Source of the DNA: a virus
Taxonomy: Duplodnaviria > Caudoviricetes
Length of the DNA: 44,255 nt
Strand: one strand, 5' to 3'
Virus record (IMG/VR): IMGVR_UViG_3300027874_000157
Span: 1-44,255 of that record
Shown: positions 34,994 through 43,566 of the stretch, piece after piece
Layout of the letters: the number at the start of each line of letters is the position of its first letter
Numbering within the stretch: the first letter of the stretch is position 1
Made by a program: the position numbers and the translations under genes
Notes under the pieces: generated by a model
What the model was told of the DNA's origin: nothing
Databases searched by the model: none
What the model saw: only the letters and a program-made list of their open reading frames with translations

Positions 34994-35148
34994 AACTTCC
35001 AGGCGCGAGATCAGGTGGGCATTTATTTGGTAACAATGCCCGCCATCCACCATACTCAGGCCGCCGCCCAACGAGTGGGCGAGCGACAAATTGGGGGCCT
35101 CGACCCTGCCAGGCCGGACCCCCGTACACCGATAGGAGCAATCTACCG

Positions 35149-36480
35149 ATGCACTCGCAGTCTAATCGCAAGCGTGCCCCCAAGGGTGGCGATATCACGG
35201 CAATGCCAACCCCGCGGGAGCGGCGCAACAAGCTGGGCAAGGTCACCAGCTACCAGGTCTGGACACCCGTTCGCTACGTGGACGGGATCAATGTCGGCCA
35301 CAAGCCGCTGGGCGCCAAGACCGTCGAGGAATTGCGCCGCAAGTGGGTCAAGCTGTTCGAGGACGTCGAGGAGGGCACCGCCCGCTCCTCGTCCGAGATC
35401 ACCACGTTCGGGGACTTCGCGGACTGGTACCTCGCGGACATCCTGACTACCAAGGTCCTGGCGGGCGAGAAGTCGCCGGCCACGCTGACCAACTACAAGG
35501 CGGTCATCCGCAACCACCTGAAGCACAAGGACTACGGGTGTGCGTTCTTGCGCCTGGGCGGCAAGGGTCGGCCCGATCAGCAGCTGAACCTGGAGAACCT
35601 GGAAGCCTGGACGCGGCGCATGATCAAGTGCGGCGTGCCGGTGCCGACCCAGACCAGCTGCATCAAGGTGGTCCACGCCATTGGCGAGGCGATGAAGTCC
35701 AACCCCAGCCGCTCGGGCATGCGCGTCAACCCGGCCAAGCACCTCGACTACCCGTCAGGCGCGTCCAAGACGCGCAAGGGTGTGCGCCAGCACAAGACCA
35801 ACCTGTCGGTAACCATGCGCATGGTCGACGCCAGTCAGAGCGTCCTGCCGCCGCACATGGCAGCGCTCTGGCCTGTCGCCACGGGGCTGGGCCTGCGCGG
35901 GGGCGAGTTGTGCGGCTTGCAGTGGGCTGACATCCACGATGACCACGTCGAGATCGTGCGCCAGGTGCAGCAGCTGGAGGGTGAGTACTTCGTCCGCCGC
36001 GTCAAAAACGATGACGGGGACTCGGAGACCCTGGTCCGCGTGCCGCTGCCCCAGGACGTGGCCGAGGTCCTGCGCAAGCAGAAGGCGGCCCAGAACGAAC
36101 TGCGCCTCAGCATGGGCTCCAGGTGGGGCCAGCGCCAGGCGCGCCCAGGCCACCAGACCGAGCGTCAGCCTGGCGACTGGGTCTTCACCGAGGACGGGCT
36201 GATGACCCTGCCGAGCACGCTCAAGAACCGCTTCGCCAAGCTGCGCACCGCCGCGGGCGCCGAGCACATGACGCTGCACCGTGGGCGGCATGACTACATC
36301 ACCGTCCAGGTGAATGCGGGCGTGCCTCCGTCCGAGGTCTCGCGCAACGCTCGCCACAAGGACAAGCAGACGCTGTTCAAGTACTACCTGCATGACGTCG
36401 AGGGTCAGGACGAGGGCGCGGCGGCCATCCAGGCGATGTTCGAGGCGCTCCGTACGCGCCGCGAGGCCCAGGCAGTGTGA
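35149..36480 (+). CDS. int: Tyrosine integrase
   Basis: Catalytic R (GLRGGE), K (VKN), HxxR (HRGRH), H (ARH), Y (KYY); SAM-like domain TFGDFADWYL..T..NY; ATG at 35149 behind AGGAG. Confidence 0.93.
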   Translation: MHSQSNRKRAPKGGDITAMPTPRERRNKLGKVTSYQVWTPVRYVDGINVGHKPLGAKTVEELRRKWVKLFEDVEEGTARSSSEITTFGDFADWYLADILTTKVLAGEKSPATLTNYKAVIRNHLKHKDYGCAFLRLGGKGRPDQQLNLENLEAWTRRMIKCGVPVPTQTSCIKVVHAIGEAMKSNPSRSGMRVNPAKHLDYPSGASKTRKGVRQHKTNLSVTMRMVDASQSVLPPHMAALWPVATGLGLRGGELCGLQWADIHDDHVEIVRQVQQLEGEYFVRRVKNDDGDSETLVRVPLPQDVAEVLRKQKAAQNELRLSMGSRWGQRQARPGHQTERQPGDWVFTEDGLMTLPSTLKNRFAKLRTAAGAEHMTLHRGRHDYITVQVNAGVPPSEVSRNARHKDKQTLFKYYLHDVEGQDEGAAAIQAMFEALRTRREAQAV

Positions 36481-36502
36481 CCTGGGCCACCACTAGCCGC
36501 TT

Positions 36503-37792
36503 ATGGGCCACAGGGGTTACTCCCTGTGGCTCTTTTTGCATTTCAGACAACCAGGGAGGGGTGCGTTGTCACCGCATGTATCACACGCTCGCTGTCGCCA
36601 GTGCGGACAGACCCGCCATCGATCCGCCAGGTTCAACTTATGCGAACAATGCTGGCGGAAAGTCAAACCCGACGTCCGCGCACGCTGGCGTCAGATCAAG
36701 GAGCGGCGCGCCTTACGCCGCGCAGTCGAGGAACACCTGGCGACACAACCCAGGAGGGAGGAGCAAGCATTGCCAGTTCAGATGGGCGGAAGTGTGCCTT
36801 TCAGCACGATGGAAGAACTCTGGGAAGCCATCCGCTTGAAGCAGCTGCCCGAGGACCATCGTGAAGCGGCCATTGCCCGCATCAAAACTGAGGGAGTGCC
36901 GAAGGAGGGCACACCCCAGCGAGGGCTGTACATGAGCCTGTTCCACCGCAGGCCGCATGACGCCGGGCAGGACAACATGATCCGCCGCCTGTACGAGGAC
37001 ACCGACGTGCCGGTGAATGACCTCCTGCACGCCCTGGGCATCGACGCGAACGTCCTCGCCAGCGTGCGGCGGCGTTTCAAGATGGAGAGCCGTGCTGATC
37101 GTGTGCGCTGGCACCCCCACGGGCGGATCACAGAAAACGAGGAACTGATCATCCGCGATGACGAGGCGTACTTCCGCGACCTGAGCGAGGGCACGCTGCG
37201 GCCAGTCTGGGAGCCAGACTATGTGGCTGAGGATGAGCCGATCCCCGAGCCGGTCATCCGCGAGATGGCCGCCGAATCAGAGCCTGAGCCGGTCGCCACG
37301 ATGCGCTGGACCAGCCGCGGCACCCTCACCTCCAGGGGCCGCCCGAAGCGGCTTACTGCGGAAGACGAAGCCGAGATCATCCGCCTGTATTCCGACCCCA
37401 ACATCCCCGTCCACGAGATCCAGACCGCGTACAGCATGAGCCCTGGCCTGCTGTACCGCGTGCTGAACGACCACGGCGTCCGCCCACGCAGCCAGTGGGA
37501 AGGCAGCATGACCGACAACGGCTACCAGGCGTCCGCCGTTCACCAGCTGCACCTGGGCCAGGCACCAGGCGCCGCCACCGATCAGCCGACCCCCGCTCAG
37601 GAATCGCCAATGCCCCAGAGGGCAGCTGCACTGGCGGTGCCTTCACTCACCATTCAGGAGAGGGAATGGTTCATCACCTACACCGTCAGTCGCACCGTCG
37701 CAGTCGCTGCACCGACCATAGACGAGGCTCTGCGCCGCATCCGAGACAAGCAGGGTACGGACATCGAAGTGGTCCTGATCCAGAGGTCGTGA
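36503..37792 (+). CDS. Protein with a Zn-finger and two HTH-like repeats
   Basis: CRQC/CEQC; IRRLYEDTDVPV..L and IIRLYSDPNIPV.EI repeats; start uncertain. Confidence 0.65.
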   Translation: MGHRGYSLWLFLHFRQPGRGALSPHVSHARCRQCGQTRHRSARFNLCEQCWRKVKPDVRARWRQIKERRALRRAVEEHLATQPRREEQALPVQMGGSVPFSTMEELWEAIRLKQLPEDHREAAIARIKTEGVPKEGTPQRGLYMSLFHRRPHDAGQDNMIRRLYEDTDVPVNDLLHALGIDANVLASVRRRFKMESRADRVRWHPHGRITENEELIIRDDEAYFRDLSEGTLRPVWEPDYVAEDEPIPEPVIREMAAESEPEPVATMRWTSRGTLTSRGRPKRLTAEDEAEIIRLYSDPNIPVHEIQTAYSMSPGLLYRVLNDHGVRPRSQWEGSMTDNGYQASAVHQLHLGQAPGAATDQPTPAQESPMPQRAAALAVPSLTIQEREWFITYTVSRTVAVAAPTIDEALRRIRDKQGTDIEVVLIQRS

Positions 37793-37813
37793 CCGATGAG
37801 GTGGGGATGGTAG

Positions 37814-38287
37814 GTGGAAGACGATTTCTACATTCTCGACACTCGCGGGCACCCTGTCCGCGAGGCAGACGAGCGGCACTGGTCACAATGGCAGGAGACC
37901 GACCAGAGGCGCTTTTTGTGTACAGACGAGTGGGAGTCCGAGGAAGGCATCGTAACGGTGATGACAACGTTCCTCGGCTTTGACCCACTCCATCACAACC
38001 CGCCCGCTCTCTGGGACACGGTTGCCTTCATCACCAAGGGGGATGGTGAGCCTGAACGCATCGATGACTACCAGTGGCACTACACCAGTCGTAAGCAAGC
38101 ACTGCTCGGACACGCACAGATGGTGCGCAACCTAAGCGGCAGTGGCGCACAAGGCAATGGCTGGCGACAGAACATCGATGGCTGGTTCCCCCCAGTAGTC
38201 CTGGCTGGCATTCGGCTTGCCGACCTTCTTTCTGACGGGAAGGCAGACGGGACTATTCGCATCCTGACACGGTGCATCCACATGTGA
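37814..38287 (+). CDS. Hypothetical phage protein
   Basis: V.TTFLG.D....PP.LW.T..F...Y.S...A..GH pattern. Confidence 0.7.
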   Translation: MEDDFYILDTRGHPVREADERHWSQWQETDQRRFLCTDEWESEEGIVTVMTTFLGFDPLHHNPPALWDTVAFITKGDGEPERIDDYQWHYTSRKQALLGHAQMVRNLSGSGAQGNGWRQNIDGWFPPVVLAGIRLADLLSDGKADGTIRILTRCIHM

Positions 38288-38329
38288 CAGTCGCCGGTCT
38301 CGGGAGTTAGGCCGGAGGCAAAAGGGTAA

Positions 38330-38908
38330 GTGAGAAAAGAGCAAGAGTTAGAGATCGAGATCCAGCGCCTGGTCGGAGAAGTCGCCAGGCTAAAGAAGGC
38401 ACTCGCCAGGATCTATGGCATCGCCAGCGTCGGCGTCATCCATACCCAGCGCAGCCCCGGACGAGGGCGCCCAGCTGGCTCAACCCGCTTCGATGAGCGA
38501 GTGTTCGCCAAACAACTCTTCGAGGTCTACGAGCAGCTGCCCAGAGATCACCGCTCGCGTGAGGAAGTGGCCCAGGCCCTGGGCATCTCGCGCCGCACAC
38601 TCCACCGCTACCTCGATAAATGGGCCATTGTCTGGCCGCCCAGCCAGACCGAAACGCTGGAAGAGGTCCTCGAGCGGCTGGCCGCCGAGAACGCTGCACA
38701 GGAAGCCCGCAGGCAGCGCTCTGTGCTGCTCATTGACGATGTGGAAATAGAAGGGAAGAGTCATGGAAATCGTCGGCTCAGTGGCCCCGGACGAAGTTCC
38801 CCAGGGGCGCCGGAGACAGCGTCCTCCAGGTATCTGGGCCCAATTGGCGACCCGGATCCTGGCGGATTACGAGCAACAGAGGGTGACCGTTGTGAAGCTA
38901 AAGGATGA
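38330..38908 (+). CDS. Fis-like HTH DNA-binding protein
   Basis: GRPAG...SREEVAQALGISRRTLHRYL...WPP. Confidence 0.75.
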   Translation: MRKEQELEIEIQRLVGEVARLKKALARIYGIASVGVIHTQRSPGRGRPAGSTRFDERVFAKQLFEVYEQLPRDHRSREEVAQALGISRRTLHRYLDKWAIVWPPSQTETLEEVLERLAAENAAQEARRQRSVLLIDDVEIEGKSHGNRRLSGPGRSSPGAPETASSRYLGPIGDPDPGGLRATEGDRCEAKG

Positions 38909-39092
38909 GGCCGAGTACAGGAAGATGATGAACAACCTGGCTCCGCGGCTGAGGGAGGCCGGCTTCAAGGCCAGGCCGATGATCGTGGAGCAGCAGGGTG
39001 AGATCCGCGCCTTCATGGAGTTGGCGCTTCGAGAAGAGAAGGCAGCTGCACCCCTGTCCGCGGATGGGCTGGTGGCGTCCGGTGTCGGCTAA
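38763..39092 (+). CDS. Hypothetical protein
   Basis: 109 aa with a purine-rich RBS. Confidence 0.7.
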   Translation: MEIVGSVAPDEVPQGRRRQRPPGIWAQLATRILADYEQQRVTVVKLKDEAEYRKMMNNLAPRLREAGFKARPMIVEQQGEIRAFMELALREEKAAAPLSADGLVASGVG

Positions 39093-39408
39093 GTGTGACT
39101 TCTGCTCGGCGAACGACCCCGAGTGGTTCTACCCAGCTGGCGACTTCGAGGTCGCCGAGCACGCCTGGGGCTCGAGTGGTGGCTGGGCGGCCTGTGCCGA
39201 TTGCTCTGATCTGCTAGAGAAGCGGCTGAACGAACGGCTGGTACGCGAGCGCATGATGGTCGGCGCCCTGGCCGGAGCGATGATGGACGCGGGCGTGCCA
39301 GGCATGCGCCTCACCAAGAGCGAGCGGCGCTACGTCGAGGACCAGACCTGGCGGCTGTTCAATCGCTTCCTGACCTCGCGCAGAGGCCCGCGGAGACTGT
39401 TCGGATGA
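39082..39408 (+). CDS. Zn-binding hypothetical protein
   Basis: CDFCS...W.YP...WAAC..C. Confidence 0.7.
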   Translation: MSAKCDFCSANDPEWFYPAGDFEVAEHAWGSSGGWAACADCSDLLEKRLNERLVRERMMVGALAGAMMDAGVPGMRLTKSERRYVEDQTWRLFNRFLTSRRGPRRLFG

Positions 39409-39671
39409 TCGGCTGGCTGCTCTTGGGTTGGATGGCGGGCGGCCTGGCGTGTGCGTTGTTGATTGGCCGCTGGTTTCGCTACCAGCGCTGCATGGACGAG
39501 AAGGAAACCGATGAGGGTAACGAACTATTTGGACATGATCACAGTGGTTATGCTGGCCCTGACGGCGCTGTTCAGCTTCGCCCACGAGCAGTACGGCACG
39601 GCGGTTGTGGGTGCCGCATGCGCTGGCTTTGTCGGCGGCCTGGCCTTCACCCGTCTGATCGTTCAGCGTAG
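39405..39671 (+). CDS. Possible small membrane protein
   Basis: ATGA-coupled with a hydrophobic N-terminus; long overlap with the next ORF lowers confidence. Confidence 0.4.
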   Translation: MIGWLLLGWMAGGLACALLIGRWFRYQRCMDEKETDEGNELFGHDHSGYAGPDGAVQLRPRAVRHGGCGCRMRWLCRRPGLHPSDRSA

Positions 39672-39693
39672 GGATCGACAGCGCTATGACTGA
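39511..39693 (+). CDS. Small two-TM membrane protein
   Basis: MRVTNYLDMITVVMLAL...; AAGGA RBS. Confidence 0.6.
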   Translation: MRVTNYLDMITVVMLALTALFSFAHEQYGTAVVGAACAGFVGGLAFTRLIVQRRDRQRYD

Positions 39694-39949
39694 TGCCCGA
39701 ATCCCAGTGCGCCAGGACCTCGTCATGCGCGAGGTCGCTCGCGAGCGCGACGAACTGTCAGCCGAGTGCGACCAGTGGCAGAAGAAGCTGGCTGAGGTGT
39801 GGGCCGAACGCGAGCGGCTGCGGGCGGCACTCGAAGAAGTCAAGAGTTACGGGCACTGGTCGGACTGCCCGGCGGGTGCCAGCGACAACTACCGCTGCCG
39901 CTGCCCCTACGGCGATCTCTCTGAGGCGCTTGGTAGAGATACGGAGTGA
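39686..39949 (+). CDS. Coiled-coil / Cys hypothetical protein
   Basis: H.SDC...CRC motif. Confidence 0.6.
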   Translation: MTDARIPVRQDLVMREVARERDELSAECDQWQKKLAEVWAERERLRAALEEVKSYGHWSDCPAGASDNYRCRCPYGDLSEALGRDTE

Positions 39950-39950
39950 T

Positions 39951-40121
39951 ATGTCCAGCAAGCGCCACGTCCGCGAACGGCAATGCGGACAGAAGCGCCA
40001 GTTTGAATCACTGGACGAAGCTGGCCGCATGGTCGCGTTCCAACGCAAGCGCAGTGGCGAACGATGGACCGCTTATCGCTGCAAATGGTGTGGCTTCGTG
40101 CACATCGGACACGCTTGGTAG
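39951..40121 (+). CDS. Small Zn-finger protein
   Basis: C..KR.F....A...AY.C.WCG..H.G. Confidence 0.7.
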   Translation: MSSKRHVRERQCGQKRQFESLDEAGRMVAFQRKRSGERWTAYRCKWCGFVHIGHAW

Positions 40122-40138
40122 CGATAAGAACTATTCAG

Positions 40139-40264
40139 ATGGTCAAAGACACCCATAAGTGCGCCAGCTGTAAACACCCTCGCAACCTGCACATCAAAAA
40201 CTTTCTGGGTTTCAAGTGGTGGTGCTTGTGGCGATTCTGCGCATGTCTGGAGTTCAGGCCGTGA
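40139..40264 (+). CDS. Small Cys/His protein
   Basis: CASCKHP..H...C...C.C.EF; coupled to the next gene. Confidence 0.55.
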   Translation: MVKDTHKCASCKHPRNLHIKNFLGFKWWCLWRFCACLEFRP

Positions 40265-40722
40265 AGATCGGCATCGTCGGCAGCGAAGCAGCCAAGTTCA
40301 ACCAGCTGACCGAAGCGCTCGCCCGCCAGGAGATCCGCCGCCTGATCGACGGAGCCAGCCTGGTGATCAGCGGACACTCGCCACTCGGAGGCATCGACTG
40401 GTGGGCCATCGAGGAGGCGACCTGGGCCGGCGTCGCCACCCGTGAGCACCAACCCAAGATCAACGCCTGGAGCCCGCCTGGTGGCTACAAGGACCGCAAC
40501 TTGAAGATCGCCCAGGACAGCGACCTGGTGGCCTGCATCACCGTCAGGGAACTGCCACCAACCTACCGTGGCATGCGCTTCCCCGGTGGCTGCTACCACT
40601 GCCAGCGATATGCGCCGCACTTCGGCGGTACAGCACCCGAGCATGTCAAGAGCGGCGGCTGCTGGACGATGTGGCAGGCCGCCCACCTGGGCAAGAAGAC
40701 CGAACTGGTGGTGATTGAGTGA
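40261..40722 (+). CDS. SLOG-superfamily (YspA/DprA-like) nucleotide-binding protein
   Basis: IGIVGS, VISG...GGID..A, Y..RN..IA..SD, SGG..T...A...GK. Confidence 0.75.
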   Translation: MKIGIVGSEAAKFNQLTEALARQEIRRLIDGASLVISGHSPLGGIDWWAIEEATWAGVATREHQPKINAWSPPGGYKDRNLKIAQDSDLVACITVRELPPTYRGMRFPGGCYHCQRYAPHFGGTAPEHVKSGGCWTMWQAAHLGKKTELVVIE

Positions 40723-40758
40723 AACAGCTACCAACCTCAAGGCCTGGAAGGAGAAAGG

Positions 40759-41082
40759 ATGACAGACAAAGTCTGGCTACTCGAACTGCTGGCATCTATG
40801 GACGGTGACGGACCGAACTACCCCTGCCCAACCAGTGCTGAGGGTGAGGGCATCCCCATGACGATGGTTATCGACCGTGACACGGTCGGACCTGAGGACA
40901 TTGAGCGCGTTGTTCAGCGGCTCATAGATGAGGCCAATTGGGGATTTCAGGTGGAATGGAATCCGCCTGAAAGAAACCCGGAATTCCGAGAGGGCTGGTT
41001 CGGTGAAGGTCGCGAGCGTCACCGGGTTGTGCTCACCGTCTGTACGATCAATACCGCTGACGAGCCCTACGTAGAAGACTGA
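40759..41082 (+). CDS. Hypothetical acidic protein
   Basis: AAGGA RBS; last gene of the rightward block. Confidence 0.7.
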   Translation: MTDKVWLLELLASMDGDGPNYPCPTSAEGEGIPMTMVIDRDTVGPEDIERVVQRLIDEANWGFQVEWNPPERNPEFREGWFGEGRERHRVVLTVCTINTADEPYVED

Positions 41083-41123
41083 TGTCGCCTGGGGACACGT
41101 CAGGAGGCGTGCCGTCAGCATAA

Positions 41124-41309
41124 GGTAACAACACTGGTAACAATCCGCACCCGGAGCCCCTGTTCTGAGATCAGACCAGGGGTTTTTGTACTTCCAGCCG
41201 TGTTGTGTTCGAGCCATCTCAAGGTACCAATCTGATCTCAGACTACACCCGTCCAGACCCGTTGTGACCCGTCCCCAGGTGACGCTGGAGGTGACAATGC
41301 TGGTGACAA
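41124..41309. other. Candidate attP: arm-type repeats flanking a core, with 10-bp-phased repeats
   Basis: GGTAACAA x2 (41124, 41136); GGTGAC(GC/AA) x3 (41278, 41290, 41302); ACCCGT x3 (41247, 41257, 41267); 12-bp inverted repeat TCTGAGATCAGA/TCTGATCTCAGA; non-coding gap between convergent operons. Confidence 0.6.
41156..41187 (+). terminator. Intrinsic terminator for the rightward block
   Basis: CCCCTG.TCTGA-GA-TCAGA.CAGGGG followed by TTTTT. Confidence 0.6.
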
Positions 41310-41311
41310 TT

Positions 41312-41524
41312 TCAGAGGCGGCTGATCCAGTCGAGGATGCGCGGAAGGACGATGACTACCAGTGCAATGGCGACAGCTGCTCCGACAAGGAACAGTCCGA
41401 GCGAGTCCATCCGCGCCTCGAGTCGGTCGCCCATGGTGTTGGGACGCCGGCGGTGGTAGCCGATGCTCAGGGTGAAGTCGATGGACATCCCGCTGTCCCG
41501 GTCATCCGGCGGCTGCTCGGCCAC
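41312..41524 (-). CDS. Single-TM lysis-cassette protein
   Basis: C-terminal hydrophobic helix LGLFLVGAAVAIALVVIVL. Confidence 0.6.
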   Translation of the reverse strand: MAEQPPDDRDSGMSIDFTLSIGYHRRRPNTMGDRLEARMDSLGLFLVGAAVAIALVVIVLPRILDWISRL

Positions 41525-41525
41525 G

Positions 41526-41678
41526 TCACAGGAGGCGTGCTACCGCCAGCGCTCCGATCAAACCGTAGACGATCAGCATCGAAAACGGCAGCACATTGAG
41601 GATCCCCAGAAGGGCCAACAGCAGCACGACCAGGGCGATGATCCAGCCTATCGTTACCGCGGGTCGGGTGATCTGCAT
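41526..41678 (-). CDS. Holin-like two-TM protein (50 aa)
   Basis: Below the ORF-track cut-off: MQITRPAVTIGWIIALVVLLLALLGILNVLPFSMLIVYGLIGALAVARLL; GGAGG RBS; directly after the lysin. Confidence 0.7.
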   Translation of the reverse strand: MQITRPAVTIGWIIALVVLLLALLGILNVLPFSMLIVYGLIGALAVARLL

Positions 41679-42173
41679 TCAGTCCTCCGTCAGCCACACA
41701 ACTGAAAATGGGCCGAGGCGGTCAAAGTCTGCTCGGCTGAGGATGTCGTAGACCCCCTTGTAACCAGGGGCTGAATTGGCAATCCAGATATTCGAGCCCT
41801 GCACGCCGCGCAGCGAGACCCAGTGGTACCAGGTGCCGCCCGACATCTGACCGGTGGTCTCCTGGGCCAGGCTGTAGATGGTGTCGTAGTCCAGGTACTC
41901 GGACCTGGTCGCCTGACCGTAAGTGGCGTACACGTCCTGCAAGGCGCTTCCAGAGGCGTCCATCAGTCCGTACGTGGAGTTGATGTTGCCGGGATAGCCG
42001 ATCTCCATCCCGACGTCGTAGCGGTCCTGGTACACGTCACCGCTCGAGGCGCGCAGCCCCGCGGACGTCAGCACCCAGGTCAGCGCACACGCCGAGCACG
42101 TCCAGTTGTAGACCTGGGGCTGCATGCCCAGGTTGGCATCCCAGGTGACCGGCTCCTCGATTACAGGCGCCTC
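41679..42173 (-). CDS. Peptidase C39-like (papain-fold) putative endolysin domain, probably reached by +1 frameshift
   Basis: Q...WTCS, WYHWV, IANS catalytic C/H/N pattern; no RBS-associated start near its 5' end. Confidence 0.7.
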   Translation of the reverse strand, partial: EAPVIEEPVTWDANLGMQPQVYNWTCSACALTWVLTSAGLRASSGDVYQDRYDVGMEIGYPGNINSTYGLMDASGSALQDVYATYGQATRSEYLDYDTIYSLAQETTGQMSGGTWYHWVSLRGVQGSNIWIANSAPGYKGVYDILSRADFDRLGPFSVVWLTED

Positions 42174-42354
42174 AAAAGGGAACGCGACGGGTCGCGTTGT
42201 CCTCCTCGTAGTACCAGTACACGGCATCCCTGCCGAAGGTCTGGCTGATCTTGTGGCCGGGCTCGAGAATGATGAACTGCTCGTCACTTCTGGGCTCGTC
42301 GCCAGCGTCAGCCATGGCTTGCTGGACACCTGGGCCGATGTTGTAGTCGGTCAT
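42172..42354 (-). CDS. 60-aa ORF, probable N-terminal domain of the frameshifted lysin
   Basis: AAAGGAG RBS, MTDYNIGPGV...RRVPF*, ending CCC TTT TGA. Confidence 0.75.
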   Translation of the reverse strand: MTDYNIGPGVQQAMADAGDEPRSDEQFIILEPGHKISQTFGRDAVYWYYEEDNATRRVPF

Positions 42355-42364
42355 GCTTGCTCCT

Positions 42365-42979
42365 TTAGTGCGGGTTGGCCTGAACGGGAATAAACCAGGC
42401 GTCGACGTACACGCTGCCGCCGCCGAAGCTGGCGGTAGCTGGCCTGACGCCAATCGTGTCGCCTGAATTGCACGCCATCTGAACGAAGCAGCCTGCCTGC
42501 GGACTGCCGACCACCGCACCGCTTGAGTCGAGGTGCCAGTAGTAGCCGCCGCCGCCGATCTGGCCGCCATTGCGGAACAGCTGGATGCCCGAGGCGGGCC
42601 CGTGCACGTCGGCTCTGCCGACCAGCACCCACTGACCGGTGATGTTGATCGTGACGCTGGTCAGGATGCCCGTCGAGAAGCCGTCACCACCGTTGGGGAT
42701 GGCAATCGAGGCGGCCAGGTGGGTTACCGCCGCGGGCGGCAGGACGCGGTTGTAGGCAGCTTCCCAGGATTCACCCGAGCCGTACACCCGCGAGGCACCC
42801 CAGGCGCTGTTCGCGTTGGCCTGCCAGTTGTTGCGGTCGGTGGTCATGTTCGCCAGGTCGGTCTCAAATGACGAACCACTGGACCAGATGCGAGTGGCCC
42901 CCCACGCCGAGTCTGCCCTGGAGTGCCAGGTATTGCGGTCGGTGACCAGCGAGGAGACCGAGCCGGCCAGGTAGGTCAT
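42365..42979 (-). CDS. Short fibre/spike protein with a 34-aa duplication and a tip domain paralogous to the main fibre
   Basis: TDRN.W...A.SAWGA.R...SG.S.E twice; C-terminus aligns with the end of 2197-4251. Confidence 0.75.
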   Translation of the reverse strand: MTYLAGSVSSLVTDRNTWHSRADSAWGATRIWSSGSSFETDLANMTTDRNNWQANANSAWGASRVYGSGESWEAAYNRVLPPAAVTHLAASIAIPNGGDGFSTGILTSVTINITGQWVLVGRADVHGPASGIQLFRNGGQIGGGGYYWHLDSSGAVVGSPQAGCFVQMACNSGDTIGVRPATASFGGGSVYVDAWFIPVQANPH

Positions 42980-43566
42980 CCAGCCCTCCAGTTGGTCAGA
43001 TCACTCTTGTAAGTGATGGCGTCGCCCTGGGTGATGGAGCCGTTTGTCACGGCGCCCGTGCTCAGGTTGATCGAGCCACCGTAGACCGTTCCACCAGCTG
43101 CGTTGACAGTGACGGTGCCGCTGAGTGCCCACACCTCAATCGGGCGGTTCGTACTCGCAGCAGCTGGCAGGGTGACGGTGATCGCAGCCGAGCAGAACAC
43201 GTACATGATGCCCGCGGCCACGGTGTAGTTGGTGCTCACGTTGGCAGTCGTGTTGGCGAACAGCGATTCAGGGATCAGCACGCCAGCCGCCAGCTTGTCA
43301 GCGGTGATCGTGGCCGCGGCAATCTTGGCCCCGTACACCGAGAGGTCCACCAGCTTGGCGCCAGGCACGGTGTTGTCGGGGAATGCGTTGGGCCCCAGTA
43401 CGCCACCTTGATGACTGCCGGAGTGCGTATGTCCGGTGGACTGGTTGAACAACCCGTCGAGGATCGACAGCGAGCCCGCCAACCCCGCGGTCAGCGTGAG
43501 GTAGTCCGCGGTGTCATCGTTGTCCTGGGCCTGGACAAGGTTCAGTTCGGACGTCAGCGTGGTCAT
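42976..43566 (-). CDS. Minor tail protein
   Basis: MTTLTSELNL..., GHTHSG, IT..K.A repeats, AAITVTLPAA...Y.SD..NW. Confidence 0.7.
   Translation of the reverse strand: MTTLTSELNLVQAQDNDDTADYLTLTAGLAGSLSILDGLFNQSTGHTHSGSHQGGVLGPNAFPDNTVPGAKLVDLSVYGAKIAAATITADKLAAGVLIPESLFANTTANVSTNYTVAAGIMYVFCSAAITVTLPAAASTNRPIEVWALSGTVTVNAAGGTVYGGSINLSTGAVTNGSITQGDAITYKSDLTNWRAG

Noticed and set aside
34930-35148. N-terminal extension of the integrase in the 516-aa ORF call
   Set aside because: It overlaps the upstream HTH gene and has low-complexity translation; an RBS supports 35149.
36199-36210. Additional CTGATGA/CCGATGA hammerhead-like cores (also ~6051, ~25334, ~37793, ~39507)
   Set aside because: No correctly placed GAAA with three supporting stems; mostly within coding sequence.
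41195-41225. tRNA fragment as att core (GTTCGAGCC resembles a T-loop)
   Set aside because: No T-stem or acceptor stem around it; no tRNA gene recognised anywhere in the window.
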